Assembly: GCA_951406725.2 (NCBI GenBank)
Contig: OX597828.1
Span: forward strand, 76,880,001 to 76,944,000
Direction: 5' to 3'
DNA: 64,000 nt
Source: Octopus vulgaris
Lineage: Eukaryota
Both the position numbers and the translations under genes were made by a program. Below, one piece after another: positions 27,424 through 42,184 of this stretch (its first letter is position 1; each line of letters opens with the position of its first letter). Below the pieces are notes generated by a model. The model did not search any database. It saw nothing but the letters and a program-made list of their open reading frames with translations, and was not told the DNA's origin.

Positions 27424-28599
27424 TCTATCTTTCTGACCGCATCACAGATGCCCCAACTGGGAGATGCTGACATTTAAAAACAAGATGCTGAGAAATGTAA
27501 TTGAATACTCAAAGACAGATCCAGTGGAACTGTGTCGCAAATGCACGACGAAATTTATCCACACTTCATAGAATACAGCACTATTAACATATACATCAAA
27601 GTAAAGGTAATAATATGTTATTAACCACCAAAAATAATTATTCCAGGACGCAACAGCTTCGAATTCAAACAGACACCGTCTCAAATTCAGATTATCTCCC
27701 TTCCCTAGCTACTACTCCTCCATTATCACTAAGCAATTTCAGCCATTTATTCTTACGTCATACTGCTTCACGCAACTCACTCTACCTTTACACCCCATCA
27801 AGTTTCTCCTTCTATTGTTCTCCCAACAGCATATAGAATGATTCTCTAAAACACTGCAGTATAAAGCTCAATTTGCATATTAATCTTGAATGATAGTTTT
27901 TCTATAATGTAATAATAGCCCGTTTTGTTATAATGAATGAATCGTCATATAACATCGACAGTATAATAATGATAAATTTAGTCATTAGAAGAAAAAGAAC
28001 TCTATTCAAGAATACGAGGTAGTACCATAAAATGACAGAATTAATTTATTCTCCGTTTTGGGTTCAATAATCCCTATTTCTGACAAAAAGAAATTTTCTC
28101 CATGAATTAAATAAATATTTAAAAAATATTGTATTATTTATTCAGCAAAGTTATGACCTTCATAATTTCTTAAAGATGTATTTGGTAAAGAATGCGTGAA
28201 CAAAACTTCAAAAGTTTTATTTTAATTATTATAATATAATGTTGAGATAGCTGTCTTAAATCTTAAAGCAGCAGCATTTGGATTGGGTTAGAAGAATTTT
28301 TAGAATATCGGATGAAATTCATTGCGGTACTTCTTTCTGCTTGTTAAATTGTCAGGTCACTTCCTGTTAACGTCCGTTCTTTACTTTCATCCTTCAACCA
28401 GCTCATGCTGGTATGTCCAGCTGCATCAAACCCAGTAAATTCCGAAACAAATCTGCTTATTGCTATATTAATAGAGCGATGAGTGTGCAAACCTTAAGAC
28501 CAACGGTATTCACATTCTATCTTCACAACAGTTCCAGTGTATTACGCACCACCTCTCCTTGTTTTCAAAGCAGTCAGCAATTTCAGAAACCGCCAAGTA

Positions 28600-28980
28600 A
28601 GAAGTTCCATAAAACACAGTCCAATAAAACCAAGCGCTTTTAAATGCGCACGCCAACGATGTAACAACGGCTCGACAATTAACGACACTACAAGCATTAC
28701 TGGGTCAACGGACCAATACGACATTACCCAGAACTTGTGTGGCGCATCATCCAACCTTATATATTGTATCTTATGGAAACGTGCGGCGCTTTGCGCGTTG
28801 AGGATACAGTCTGGCGCTTCATATTTAAAGCACATTTCACTGAATCCCACGCCAGTCTGTCACCACCCATTTCAACACTACACACCATTCCATCACCCAC
28901 CTATCTTGAAGAAACGAAAGGAATATTGTTCCGTAATGCAACTTGGATCCATGTCACGGATACGTTTAAACGTCTGTTTC
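28600..28980 (+). mobile_element. Old degenerate PLE fragment (Cys linker and GIY-YIG start)
   Basis: FKCARQRCNN..I..TTSITG...YDITQN...SSNLIYCI resembles the Neptune-type linker and NLIY motif. Confidence 0.6.
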
Positions 28981-30776
28981 TTCTTCTACCCCAAATTACA
29001 CTGAATTACATCTGGTTTAGTTCAGTACTCGCTTTCTTATCCTTATACTTTCTTCCAACCTTTTCTTTTCACTTCACTTCACTCACACCTCCACTCACTT
29101 CTCCTCCTCATTCCATTCTGCTTACCTTCTACCACTTTCATCCAATTTCTCTATCGTACCACTTCCTGGTCATGTGTGAAACTCCCATGCCCTGTGTTCC
29201 TCATCAGTTGCGGCCAGAAGGAGAGAGAGAAAAGGGGAGAGAGAAGAAGAGAGAAAAGGAGAGAGAGAACGAAAGAAGAATCGTGACCGGCGGTGTAAAG
29301 AAAAATGACACCCCTTCGGTCATGAATGACCATGGCATGCCCCAAGAAATTCCCCTCCGAAGTATAAATCCGGGCAAGGTTGTTTATGGAAGACCAGCAG
29401 TTGCCCATGCATACCAGCGATGTTATTCAAGAGAAAAGCAAAGGCCACTAGAGCTTGGAACTAGTGACCTTGCGACTCATTACCACAGAAGGTCAATCTG
29501 TTGTTACTCATTAATATCTCTCCTCTCAGCTCCATCCGAAGCTTTGGATTATCCACTCCCGACGGCAAGTTTTCTTTATGTTTTTCGTCAATTCTACTAA
29601 ATATTGTGGAAAACTCTATGTAGCATATTTTACAATCATTTCTTAGAAGAGATGACTATTGTAGAACAAAGAGAAATAGTTTTCAAAGGCATTCCCTTCT
29701 AATATTGCATATTCAGGACACAACCGACGGAGTTTAGGTGCCGCTGCCTCAAAGACACACTCTTTAATCATTTCTTTACATTTTTCTAAAGATCCCAAAA
29801 TGTTGTCCCCTGTTTTCTTACAAGTAAATGTTCACTTTCTCTGTTGGTTATTGTCACTGTCTCGGAGGAAAATATAATCATCAAGAACATGGAGTGCAAC
29901 AACTTTCTAGAGGTGAGTGTATATGTTACTTAGCCCTACATCAGTCCTCATTGATCAAAATAATTCGAATATGACCATCCCGTCTTGTTGTCAAGAATAG
30001 TGTAAGTTGGATTACGTTATCCTTCTTTAAGATATGTAGGGAATGGTTCGTAAACTGAGTGCCTCCTACGCAGAATACCAACCACAGTGGGAGCCTCTAC
30101 GTAACCGAACTACAAGCTAGATGTAGCAGCAATAAAATCTCCCGCAAATCATATCTTCATCTTGTTAAAAGGTTATGATTATTTTGGATAATGTCCCTAA
30201 TATGCTCCCCGACGAAATAACAGGGGTTAGCCATGGCTGGAATACTTTGCTCAAATTTAGTGTAGTGAGAGCTGACATGACTGTAAGCAACAACTCCATA
30301 TGCATGTGCGCTGTTGTTGTGTCCCGTCTTTTCCCTATTCCAGTAGGTCTATGACCAAGACGATCCATCCGTGGCCAAACCCATCATTTCCAGTCAGATT
30401 ACTGTTGTTATCTAATATGTCTCCGTTCAGAAACCCCTTATACTGCAACATAAGAGTGATTTGACTGCTACTTCTAACAGATTGCGTGATCCTATTAAAG
30501 CATCGCCTAGCAGCACTAAATTCAACTCTAAGAGGAAAACTTCATAATTGCTTCCGAATCAGATTCTTATTAAGTTGTCATACCTTAGAAACGGATTCCA
30601 CTTCAATCACGCAAGAATTACCTTTCTTTTTTTTTTAATTCTTAATTAGCTATTAAAACATTAAAGTTAAGTGAAACACAATGTTATCTAAAATGTAGTT
30701 CGTTTTAGAAAAATGAATTATTAAAAATTGTATAGAGGAAGAGATTTTCACCATAGATTGCAATAACAAATAACTG

Positions 30777-30820
<44 letters not shown>

Positions 30821-31602
30821 TACACAAACACACGCACACACACGCTCACGCACACACACACACATATATATACATATAATGGTGTGTGTGTGTGGGGGGT
30901 TCTTTTTGTGTATGTATACGAATGTATGTATATAAATGTATATATGTTTGTATATTGCTGTGTATAAACATATAAGGCTGAGGTATCAGGTGACGCTTTA
31001 TATAATGCCAATGATAATGCTCTGTATTAAACATGAATATTTTAACTAAACCCTAAACAATTTAATCCTTTATTTATATAATCCAATAAAAATGATATTT
31101 GTATCTCCTTCTTTCATTAATATAATAGCAAAATGATAAGTGGCAATTAATATATATTTTTTTATCTTTTTTAGCTAAATTGCAGTAAAATAGTTGGCGG
31201 TAAATTAAAAGATAATAAATAAAGAATATTCTACGGAAATTATCTCGTTCAATGTTGAGTTTATAAATGAATGTCTTTAGAGTATAGGGGTTTATGGTCC
31301 ACTAGGACAATAGAACGGGATATTTGGTGTGCAAGGAGACGTATGAACAAACAATGCAGAAGGCGATTTTTTGTTGTTTGTCTTGTTTTATTTATTTCTA
31401 TTTTTAAGACCCTTCCTTCCGTTTAGCGCTCCATCTTTGCTCGATGAGTCGTCTCTAACAATTTAACTGAGAGCTTCTCCTAGTTTTAGCAGCGTGGGAG
31501 TCAGTGTGGATGGTCTCTCTTGACAACGCCTCAGCATAGTGTAACTTGTTTTGAGAGGAGGGGGAAACAGGAGAGAGAGTGGGAGATAGAGCAAGAGGGA
31601 AA

Positions 31603-31636
<34 letters not shown>

Positions 31637-31699
31637 GAGAGAAAAGAGAGAGAGGGGAGTAAAGAGTAAAGATCTCGTTTGGTCATAAATCACCATTGG

Positions 31700-31990
31700 A
31701 TTGCACCTAGAAATTTCTCTCCGAGGCACAAGTCCGTGTAAGGTTGTTTATGGAAGACCAACAGTCACTCATGGAACACCAGCCTCCCCTCTGCACTCCA
31801 AGGGAAAGGCAATGCCCTATACAGTTTGGCATCAGTGACGTCGCAACTCATTTCTACAGCTGAGTGAACTTAAGCAACAAGAAATAAAGTGTCTTGCTCA
31901 AGAACACAACACACAGCCCGATGCCGGAATGGAACTCACTACCTCATGATTGTGAGCCCGACGCTCTAACCACTGAGTCATACGCCTTCT
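31700..31990 (-). mobile_element. tRNA-derived SINE with CORE-like segment
   Basis: Minus strand GGCGTATGACTCAGTGGTTAGAGCGTC..GAGTTCCATTCC..TTCTTGAGCAAGACACTT; tail related to ~29335-29490. Confidence 0.75.
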
Positions 31991-32454
31991 TGGCGAAATA
32001 AATGGCGAAATTTAAGTTTTTGTTGATATTGGAAATCAGACAATTAGAAATGCAGTTAGTTCAAGACATTTTGCCAGATGTTTCCCGGACTTCCATCCAA
32101 AAAGTGCCCTTTATTTATAGTCAGACATTTCATTTTAGTTAGGTACTGCATTTAAAACGGAGCTGAGTAAAACAACATGCAATGCCCCATCCGAGAATCG
32201 AACCAGCGATCTTGTGAACAGCACACTAAGTACAAGGCTACATGCCTTCGCTACAACGAAGTGATACTCAGTAGCGATATTTAAGGATTATGTAAAGATG
32301 TCATCTAATCAGGTCGATGGATGAAGTTAACCGATATCTCTTTGTGCACCAGAGTGCAGAGTGAATCTCTGAATTCATTCGTCGAGGTTTCTATTTGGAA
32401 AATCATGTTTTATACTTGAACAAACTGAACAAACTGAAAGCATGGTGCTTTTTC

Positions 32455-32740
32455 GATAGCTGGCACTCCGTCGGTTGCGACGAGTTTTTCCAGTTGATCC
32501 GATTAACGGAACAGCCTGCTTGTGATATTAGCGAGAGTGTGGCCGAGCACTACACAGACAGGCTTGCCCTTTAACAGAGCTCTCACGTGAAACAGAATGT
32601 GACAAGGCTATCCATTTCAATTGCAGGTACAACACAGTCCAGCTGAGTGGACTGGAACAACACAAAATCAAGTGGGTATCGAAATCACTATCTCACAATC
32701 GTGAGCTGGACAACCTCACCACTAAGCCACACATCTTCAC
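32455..32740 (-). mobile_element. SINE family C
   Basis: Colinear with 5115-5445. Confidence 0.7.
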
Positions 32741-33057
32741 GTTTGTTGCCTGGTGACGTATAAAAGAGAGTTTAAACTTTCGCTATACCACATGTTAAAC
32801 TTCTAAATAAGGGACAGTCTACTATAGCAGCTGGCCTTCGCATATCATAATGTACTGAACCATTTCAGCTTGCTGTCCTGGGGCAAAACTCAATTAAATG
32901 TGTTGGCCTGGAAACTTAGCGATATAACCTCACTGGATTTGAACTCTTGATCCGCGATTACGTACTCAAATATCATCGATGTGTTACCTACGTGGGCACT
33001 TCATTTCGTGAATAAATAGCTGCATCAAAAATCAGAGAATATATGTGTCTGTATGTG

Positions 33058-33116
<59 letters not shown>

Positions 33117-33290
33117 GTGTGTATATATACATACATATAAGTGTCTGTGAGTGAGTGTGGAAGTATATCGCTATCAAAATCTATGCTCACGAATATATAT
33201 ACATATTCACATTATATATGTATATATATATATACATATATACATTATATTATTTTTTTAATTTTATATATATGTATGTGTGTGTATGTA

Positions 33291-33324
<34 letters not shown>

Positions 33325-33486
33325 TATATATATATATACATATCTGAGAAAGAGAATATTTATAATGTAAATTGATATACCCACCTCTCAAGGGGGAGCG
33401 GTGTAATACGGCGCTTGAATATGCGGTAAGTGTCGACAGATTTGAAAACAAAAGTGGCACTGCATTCATAAGTAGTAGTAGTTGTT

Positions 33487-33537
<51 letters not shown>

Positions 33538-34632
33538 ATATTAGCAGCAACAGCAGTAGTATTAGTAGTACTAACAGAGAGTCGAACTATGGATACAATA
33601 TACATTTTAAGAAACTTGAGTGTATCCTTTGATTGGCATCTCTGATTTTTTGGAAGATCTTTGTTTTGCTCTGGAATGTAATTCTAGCCGCCAAGTTAAC
33701 ACGGAAAACCTCAACGAATTTACATTTCTTTCAAGTCTGTTAAAGTTCATGATGTTTGTGCTCCATCATTTTCGGTTGAAGACAATATTCAGAACTTGAT
33801 ACCTCGCTCACCATATCCATGGAAGCTTTCCTAAGTTTCCAGTAAAGAACGTCTTTCCAGTTTTCCATTTCAAACAAACAACCAGAAGAAGAAGAAGAAA
33901 AAAAATGAAAGAATGAAAGCATCAGCACCACCATTCTTCTACCTTATTTGTACAACAATATATATATAAATATATGTGTGTGTGTGCTTATATGCATGTA
34001 TTCACATATATAAATATATATGTATATATGCATATATATATATACATAAATACATATATATATAAGCATATATATATATACATATATATATGCATTTATG
34101 CATATATGCATGTATACATATATATGTAAATACATATATATATATATACTTACATATATACATATGTATATGTGCATACACATATATGTATATAGAAAGA
34201 GAGATATAATATATATATATATGAATAATAAATATACACATATATATATGCTTATTTACATATATACATATATATATATATACATGTATACGTATATATG
34301 TATGTATATATGTATGATGTATGTATATATGTATATATATATATATATACATACATATATGTGAAAACATGTATAATCATACATTTATTTATGTTTTTAT
34401 ATGCATGTATGCAAATATGGATTTATGCATTATATGTATAATTGCACTTAACCACTATTTCAGATACGAATATAAATGGGTTTACTATGCAAATCAAACA
34501 AATATACGCGTACATATGTCTGTATGTGTCTGTACATGTATCTGCATGCGACCGTGTGTGTGTGTGAGTGTGATTATATCTACGTATGAATGAGCTGTAA
34601 CACACACATATAGATATATATATGTATCTATG

Positions 34633-34677
<45 letters not shown>

Positions 34678-36640
34678 ATTTATATATATATATAAATTAA
34701 ATGAACAACAAAGGGCTCACTACATATGTAACAGTTAGATATAGTTCTAAAATACCTTTTAGTGTCTTTAAAGGTTCATTAAATCAGATTTTCAAACTGT
34801 TAGAATATAAAGCAGTTACAAATAAATGCATTAAATATTATTAATATATTATTATATTATGATAGATAAGTTATTTACAAATTAATACATTAGACGAATT
34901 GAAGACAGGGAGCTTCACAGAATGCGAAACGAAAGTTAGGCAACCTTTATACATCTTAGACAGAAAGGTCCATCGTCAGGCATGAACAGTTTAGAAATAT
35001 GAGTCAAAAAGTCATTACGTTTCTTATTTGGTCACTCCTGAAGATAGTCCTTTCTGTCTGAAATATAAAAACATATAAATCTTATTGTCTCCTTTCGAAG
35101 CTCTCCCTTTTCGTTGTTTGTTCTTCTTTATTTCTATATCACAACACTTTAAGGAAATTACAACATTCTTATGAGTATATCATATTATATAATGATATAA
35201 GTTCGTTAGAAATAAATATATTAGTGTATTTAAAGACTTCGAGAAATAGCTGTGTTGGGTTGAATTGAAGTAATGAAGGTAAAATCATGTGACGGAATTG
35301 TGTAGTTTTCAATATATAGCAAAAGAGACAAGATACTAAATATTGGGTGAATAATTGTGTGTATATAGGTTTTATTTAGTGCATCCATGTGTATATTGGT
35401 GCTTAAAGTACCCATGGGTGTATATGGATGATGGTTATCATTCATGAATCTATATGAGTGAAACTTAATATACATGTGTGTATATGGGTGATTGGTTAAT
35501 GTACATATCTTTGTGAGTTTGTAGTTGATATTTAATATACATGTGTATGTATATGTGTGAGGTTAAGTATAAATGCTTGTATGTGCATTTATACTAAGGA
35601 AGGGCTTTAAAAATGTTAATATCGGTGTGTATGTGTTTGGAGTTTAAGATACACGTATATATAAAGAGGAGGTTTAATATGCTTGCGTAAAATTATGAAA
35701 CAAAGACCTGAGAAAAAAAAAACTAACTGTAATTTGTTAGTAACGAATATTATCTGAGAGAACTAGAAAAAAATGGCATTTCAAATATAACGGTGAGCAA
35801 TTTTCACATATCTACAAAAAGTTTTCATTTTACAATGAATTAATTTCAGCCATAAAAACATATAAATTCAGATTATAATTTGTGCTTAAATTCTGTTGTT
35901 GTTTTTTACAATTTAAAATAAGATGTCTATAAAATATGAATTCTAATAAATATGTAAAATATATTTACTTTACGCCATTTCTACGTAATGGAAATTTATG
36001 CCTGTATTTATGGTATATTCAATATTTTTAGATGATATCATAAAATGGTTAATTATCAATAGAAGTAAAATAAAGTAACTTTCAATTGGCGAGGTCGATC
36101 CAATCGACGGTTCTCCACATCCTCTCTCCCTTCACACTAGTCTTCCATTTTATGAACTGGTTTTCTTCCTTTAATTTATACGAGTTGCTTACGAAATACT
36201 TTGTGAAAAATAAAATAAGCTGTAGGATCAATACGTTTGACATAATACAGAACATAGCAAAAACGTTCTTGGTTGCTACAATAAACGATTGTTTTTTAAG
36301 TTCAACTATGCTATACAGAGGCATGTGTATCTGAGTGTGTGTCAGAGTGTGCATGTGTGTGTGTGTGTGTGTGTGCATGTGTGTGTGTGTGAATTTTTTT
36401 TTATTATCTTTTATCTTTTACTTGTTTCAGTAATTTCATTTCAGTCATGCTGTAGGCCGCCTTGAAGGGTTTAAAGCCAGAAAAGATCAACGACAATACA
36501 ACTTTTTTTAAAGTCTGGCACTTACTCTATCAATTCTTTTGCCGAACCGCTATTGTATGGGGACGGAAAACAAAACGACAATGGTTGTCAGGTGGTGGGT
36601 GGGGGACAAAACAGATACAAAGTCACATGTATACATATAA

Positions 36641-36685
<45 letters not shown>

Positions 36686-37108
36686 TATATGGGTACAAAA
36701 CTTCACCAACGGTGTAAATAACATGAAATACGTAGACATCGAGAAAGAAATGGAAAATAGGACAAGTAAACAGAGAGAAAGGATCCTTCATCAGTTGTCG
36801 GCTGTCTATCATTTCGAGGACTATAAATGTGTGTCTTTTTCCTTGTACTTTTTCTGTACTAGTATCAGTAACAAGACTTCGACCATACTGGGGCACCACC
36901 AAGAAGAATTTTTAGTCAAATAACTCGACCCCCAACACCTTTTTTAAAAAAAAACCAGTATTGTTTTGTATAGGTCCCTTTTTACCGAACCAATAAGTCA
37001 CGGGGACGTTAGCACACCAACACCGGTTGTCAAGTTATGGGGTTTGGCACGAACACAGTCACAAAAAGACACACACACCCACCTATACACTTCCACACCC
37101 ACATATAC

Positions 37109-37141
<33 letters not shown>

Positions 37142-37308
37142 AACAAATCAAATTGCGATAAAATAAAAATAATTATAATCGCTGGTATTACTAACACAAG
37201 CCATATATTTTTCATATATCAGTACATTAAGGCGAAATATGTGCTAGGAATACAGAAGCTTGATAAATTAAGTGAAATGAAGATAAAAACATTTACTAAA
37301 CCGGTAAT

Positions 37309-37380
37309 TCTCAGACTGCAGTTTCTTTCTTTTCAGCAATAAAGATAATTTATTTGCTCAGGGAGAATTCCTCAGTGAGA
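37309..37380 (-). ncRNA. Type I hammerhead ribozyme, copy 1
   Basis: TCTCA-CTGAGGA-ATTCT..AGCAAATAAA/TTTATTGCT..AGAAA-GAAA-CTGCAG-TC-TGAGA. Confidence 0.8.
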
Positions 37381-37704
37381 CCCTGTTTTTCTGGGATCCT
37401 AACTCACTAGAAGCATGTGCGTCTAATGATTTACTCTCCCTAACTAATCATATCACTGCGCAGACTCCGAACGTCCCGACAACACTAGGGAATTCTGGTA
37501 TATCGCCTGGCGCTCATAATTTATCGAGAAATATGTAAACAAATCAAATTGCGATAAAATAAAAATAATTATAATCGCTGGTATTACTAACACAAGCCAT
37601 ATATTTTTCATATATCAGTACATTAAGGCGAAATATGTGCTAGGAATACAGAAGCTTGATAAATTAAGTGAAATGAAGATAAAAACATTTACTAAACCGG
37701 TAAT

Positions 37705-37776
37705 TCTCAGACTGCAGTTTCTTTCTTTTCAGCAATAAAGATAATTTATTTGCTCAGGGAGAATTCCTCAGTGAGA
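37705..37776 (-). ncRNA. Type I hammerhead ribozyme, copy 2
   Basis: Same as 37309-37380, 396 nt away. Confidence 0.8.
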
Positions 37777-37865
37777 CCCTGTTTTTCTGGGATCCTAACT
37801 CACTAGAAGCATGTGCGTCTAATGATTTACTCTCCCTAACTAATCATATCACTGCGCAGACTCCG

Positions 37866-37909
<44 letters not shown>

Positions 37910-38441
37910 GTAATGAGGGGTTTAGTTCACTTGTGATCTAAACGTCTAGGTACGCTGGGTAAGCGGTATCGTTGATAGTCCATTAGGTTCCAAGTTCCCA
38001 GCTGAGGCTGGATCTAAGGATCTGTATTAGGGTTCCGTTATAGCAGGTATATATCATGTTAAAGGAAAAAGCAAAATCAAGACAGAACGAGCATCTCAAG
38101 TCATTTAGAATAATTTAATTAGGGTAAGGTGAATTTGAAGTCTTACCGCCGTTTCTGGGGTAACCCAAATGGTAGGTTAAGCAGCTCCATGCACTGGGTA
38201 TGAATATTTCAGGCGGGTAAAATTTACAGCTTACAAGGAATAAAATATATTCACAGCTTATAAGGAATAAAATAGAAGTATAAAGGAGTAAATTGAAGAA
38301 TAAAGAGTAAAGGTAGAATACCGGCGGGAGAATTAGGATCACCAGCATCCATACCTTCTGGAAAACGATGAGTTGTGAACATTATTCTCCCGCCAGTATT
38401 CTACCGTTACCCGTGATATAATATAATATACTCTGATATAA

Positions 38442-38775
38442 AGGCGGCGAGCTGGCAGAAACGTTAGCACGCCGGGCGAAATGTTTAGCGGTATTTCATT
38501 TGTCTTTACGTTCTGAGTTCAAATTTCGCCGAGGTCGTCTTTGCTTTTCATCCTTTCGGGGTCGAAAAATTAAGTACCGGTTGCGTACTGGGGTCGATCT
38601 AATTGATTGACCCCTCCCCAAACATTTCAGGCCTTGTGACAAGAGTAGGGAAAATATTTTTATATCGTAAGGCGGAGAGCTGGCAGAAACGTTAACACGT
38701 CGGGCTAAATGCTCAGCGACATTTCATCCAGCTCCTCCAAAATTTCGGGCCCTGTGCCTAGAGTAGGAAAGAAAA
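38442..38775 (+). mobile_element. Two SINE family A copies
   Basis: GGCGGCGAGCTGGCAGAAACGTTAGCACGCCGGGCGAAATG heads near 38443 and 38671. Confidence 0.85.
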
Positions 38776-39644
38776 GAATATACTTTAATATAATATATAT
38801 ACACGAAAGACGTCTTTCGGTTTCCGACCACGCAAAACACTGAAAAGGCTTTGGTCGGGTCGTCCCTCTAGTAGAAGACACTTACCAAATGTGCCATGCA
38901 GTGAGACCGAACTCGGGGCCAAGTGGTTGTGAAGCAAGCTTCCTAACCCACAGCTACTTACTTCCAACGAAATATTTGTAATAAAAACCTTATAGATATC
39001 CTTATATCTAAAGTAGAGTTTCCAAACTAATTATCCAGTGGAATGTTCTATAATTTAATTGAATCAATTTCATTTAGTCTTTTCTTGAAATATAGACGGG
39101 AGACCCAGACGTAGACCAACGACATATTTGAATAATATCCATAGTTTCAGATGATCACACTTGAGTATCCAGCAGGAAAACCTAATGAAGGTTGCTTCTG
39201 ACAGACCCCCATGGGGGAGGGGCCTCAGGACTCTACTTCCGTGACCCTTCCAGGAATAGTGGTCGGAGAGATTGATGTATAGATTTATTTAGTCATAAAG
39301 TGGTTGAAGTTTAATTTTGTAATAGTTCAGTGATGTTACTCAATCAATCCTGTCATTATTAACGAAGGAAGTGATTTATTTTGAAAGCTTTCGGGGTCAT
39401 TTAACCACATGTATGTTTAGCATTTAACTATATCTACACGCAATATTTGAGCTAAATTTCATTGCACATATGTCCTGATCTCATTATTTATTATACCATT
39501 TTAGATTATATCACAACACACCTGCACATATACCCACACGTGATTCTCCTCATCTAACATACATATATATGTATGCGTGTGTATGTGTGTGTGTGACAGA
39601 GAGAGAAAGACAGAGTGAGACTGCGTGTGTGTGTGTGTATGTGT

Positions 39645-39688
<44 letters not shown>

Positions 39689-39759
39689 TAAATATACATA
39701 TATATATATGCAAGTACATAAACACTTGTATAAATTTATGCTTAAAGTTACCTACACAT

Positions 39760-39795
<36 letters not shown>

Positions 39796-40059
39796 CTATT
39801 AATGCATCTTTCGGCTTCACACACACATTGCAAAACTTACAGCTACTTATGCAGTAATTTGTACCAACCTATCGTGTGTAGAGTTAGGACGCGTATAACT
39901 ACCTCGAATGAAGTACTTCTTGCGTTTTCCTATTCGTTGTTCGAGAAGTATTCACTAATGATTCCATGTACTATACTTACCCAATGATATGTGAACGAAA
40001 ACAAGGAACCACACGAATTTTCCTCTGACTCATCAACAATATTACTGTGTAAATTTCTT

Positions 40060-41230
40060 GGATTTGCACTTGTGCCGCATGAGGAATCATCATGAAATTT
40101 TACCCTCCGGGTTTTCGATTCATTTTGTTAAAATTATATTTTTGCACTCTCTTCGTTTAGACTTTCTATAAATTAAAATACATGTAGGATGTTATATTTG
40201 CAGTTCCATTATCCAAGGAAATTACTGTGTAGAAGTGGTAGAAATGCTTCTTGTCCATAGTATGTAAATTCCGGTAGGAGTTCATATTTTGTCACTACAA
40301 ATGCAAAGTGTGCAAATATAGATGCCATGTGCTGTTTATTCAAATGAGACTTTTCATTCAAACACACTGAAATGTTCCTATTGAATCTGTTTTGATTGTG
40401 TTTTGATTCTGATGGTTGGCATGCCGTTGTGATATGATTTGAGACATATGTTGGTTGAGCCTTGTATTAGGGATGAATTTTATTTGTTGGGAGAAACCGC
40501 TGGCTGCGAGCATTTGGTTGTAATATGGGGCGTGGTTATTGAATATTTCTTCAGTGGATGAGAGGTCAGATATACGAATCGAGATAACTTTATTATCAAA
40601 GGTGGTTTGTGGTGATTGGAATTAATGCTCAAGTACTTAAGGTCTTGGTTAGGTTTGCGATATGGAAAGTATTGGGAGGTTTCTAAATTTAAATCTACGT
40701 GTAAAAGATTAGTGGTTTTGTGGAAATTTTCAAAAGTAATAGACAGGTTGAGGTTAGAGAAAAACTTGTGTAGATCATTCCTAACTCGATCTAAACAGGA
40801 TTTGTTAACGCCCTTGGTGACTAGCAAAGCGTCATCTCTGTAGAGGCTTCCCTTGATCTTAGGGAAATGTATTCGGAACTGGTGGAATATGTATAGTCCA
40901 ACGAGGTTGTGACTTGCGCGGAGTCGGATGATCCCATAGAAATGTCAAATAATTTGCTATGGCTATTGTTATTCTTATAGAAAGAGGGGTTTTAAGGGCA
41001 TTAAGGATTATGTTACTTTCTAGTGGGGTTAAGTTAGTTAGATTCCTAGATAGGAGAGCTAGATTAAGACGTTTGGGAGATACAGAAGAGTAGTACTTAT
41101 TTATATAGAATTGCAGGAAAGAAGAAGAGCCTTTGTTGTTTAAGAGATGGAACCATGTTATGACTTCACCAGTACCGGACCATAAGTTGACTTCAATTAC
41201 TCCTTGACGATTGGTATTATTTTATCCAGA

Positions 41231-41232
<2 letters not shown>
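40060..41232 (-). mobile_element. Decayed PLE of a second lineage (RT pseudogene)
   Basis: Minus strand FLQFYINKYYSSVS, FDISMGSSDSAQV, LVGLYI, SLYRDD, YFPYRKPN..YLSINSNH, with frameshifts. Confidence 0.8.
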
Positions 41233-41261
<29 letters not shown>

Positions 41262-41293
41262 CTTTATTTAAAAGCAGCAGAAATTTAACAAAA

Positions 41294-41332
41294 GCTGTCA
41301 CCCGGAGTTTCACGTTCCCGTTGTCGGACAGT
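41294..41332 (-). ncRNA. Degenerate hammerhead-like motif
   Basis: CTGT-CCGACA-ACG GGAA CGT-GAAA-CTCCGGG-TG-ACAG; stems intact, core damaged. Confidence 0.4.
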
Positions 41333-41443
41333 TTTGTTAAAATAGAACCGAGATAACGATTTGATTACAACTAGCTAAACGATACACCTTTAAAAATGGA
41401 TTAGTTTCATTGGCCCTTTCAAATAACGGTCATATGCTGGCGG

Positions 41444-41505
41444 ACTTCGGCTGATGAGAAATCTCGCGTCTAGGTGGCGCTAAATTTCGAAACCGGTACC
41501 GAGTT
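41444..41505 (+). ncRNA. Type I hammerhead ribozyme (canonical)
   Basis: TCGG-CTGATGA-GAAAT..GCGTC/GGCGC..ATTTC-GAAA-CCGG-TA-CCGA. Confidence 0.85.
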
Positions 41506-41700
41506 GACCAGCATTTACTTGTTCTGACGCATTTGAGGTGAGACATTATTATTGTTCACTGATAATTTTTCCCATCTTGTCTGTAATGGATTTGTGACTT
41601 TTCTGGTGGTACAGAAGTATATTTTGACTTCTATCATGAGCGATATAGGTACTCATTTAGTACCCTTATGTATATATGTACATATCTAATATTGTATGTA

Positions 41701-41752
<52 letters not shown>

Positions 41753-41896
41753 GCATATATATAAACATATATACATACATACGTATATAAATATTATATA
41801 TGTGTGTGTGTCTGTGTGTGTGTGTGTGTGACCGCGTGTGAATCGTTGGCGATTTCCTTTCTCCATCTTCCCTTCCTTGGACCTTTCCTTTTTCTG

Positions 41897-41932
41897 TGTT
41901 TCTGACGAAGGGCGCCGCTCGAAACGTTAAAT
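41897..41932 (+). ncRNA. Minimal hammerhead motif
   Basis: TTT-CTGACGA-A-GGGC GCC GCTC-GAAA-CG-TT-AAA; a more decayed relative lies at ~45080-45116. Confidence 0.6.
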
Positions 41933-42005
41933 CCTCCTTCTTTCTTTCCTTTCCTGAGCGTCCAATAGCGCTATACTTGTTCCACGTCCTCCAGTTGACC
42001 TATAT

Positions 42006-42138
42006 ACGCGCAAGCGTGGCTGCGGGGTTAGACGCTTGCTTCTCAACCACATGGTTCTCCCATAGATTCTGTCCCACCACGAGGCGCATTGGGCAAGTGT
42101 TTTCTGCTATAACCTCACGCCTACCAAAGCCTGCCAAA

Positions 42139-42184
<46 letters not shown>

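Larger units (their letters stand above)
37141..37868 (-). mobile_element. Retrozyme-like tandem repeat, 396-nt unit, ~1.8 copies, inserted in (TA)n
   Basis: 37141-37472 repeated at 37537-37868 with no difference seen; one hammerhead per unit; no significant ORF. Confidence 0.85.

Noticed and set aside
28737-29600. 287-aa ORF
   Set aside because: Runs through a decayed PLE, a pyrimidine-rich tract, (GA)n and a SINE piece; no coherent protein.
29790-29918. Possible exon ending at AG|GTGAGT
   Set aside because: Good donor but a weak acceptor and no recognisable peptide.
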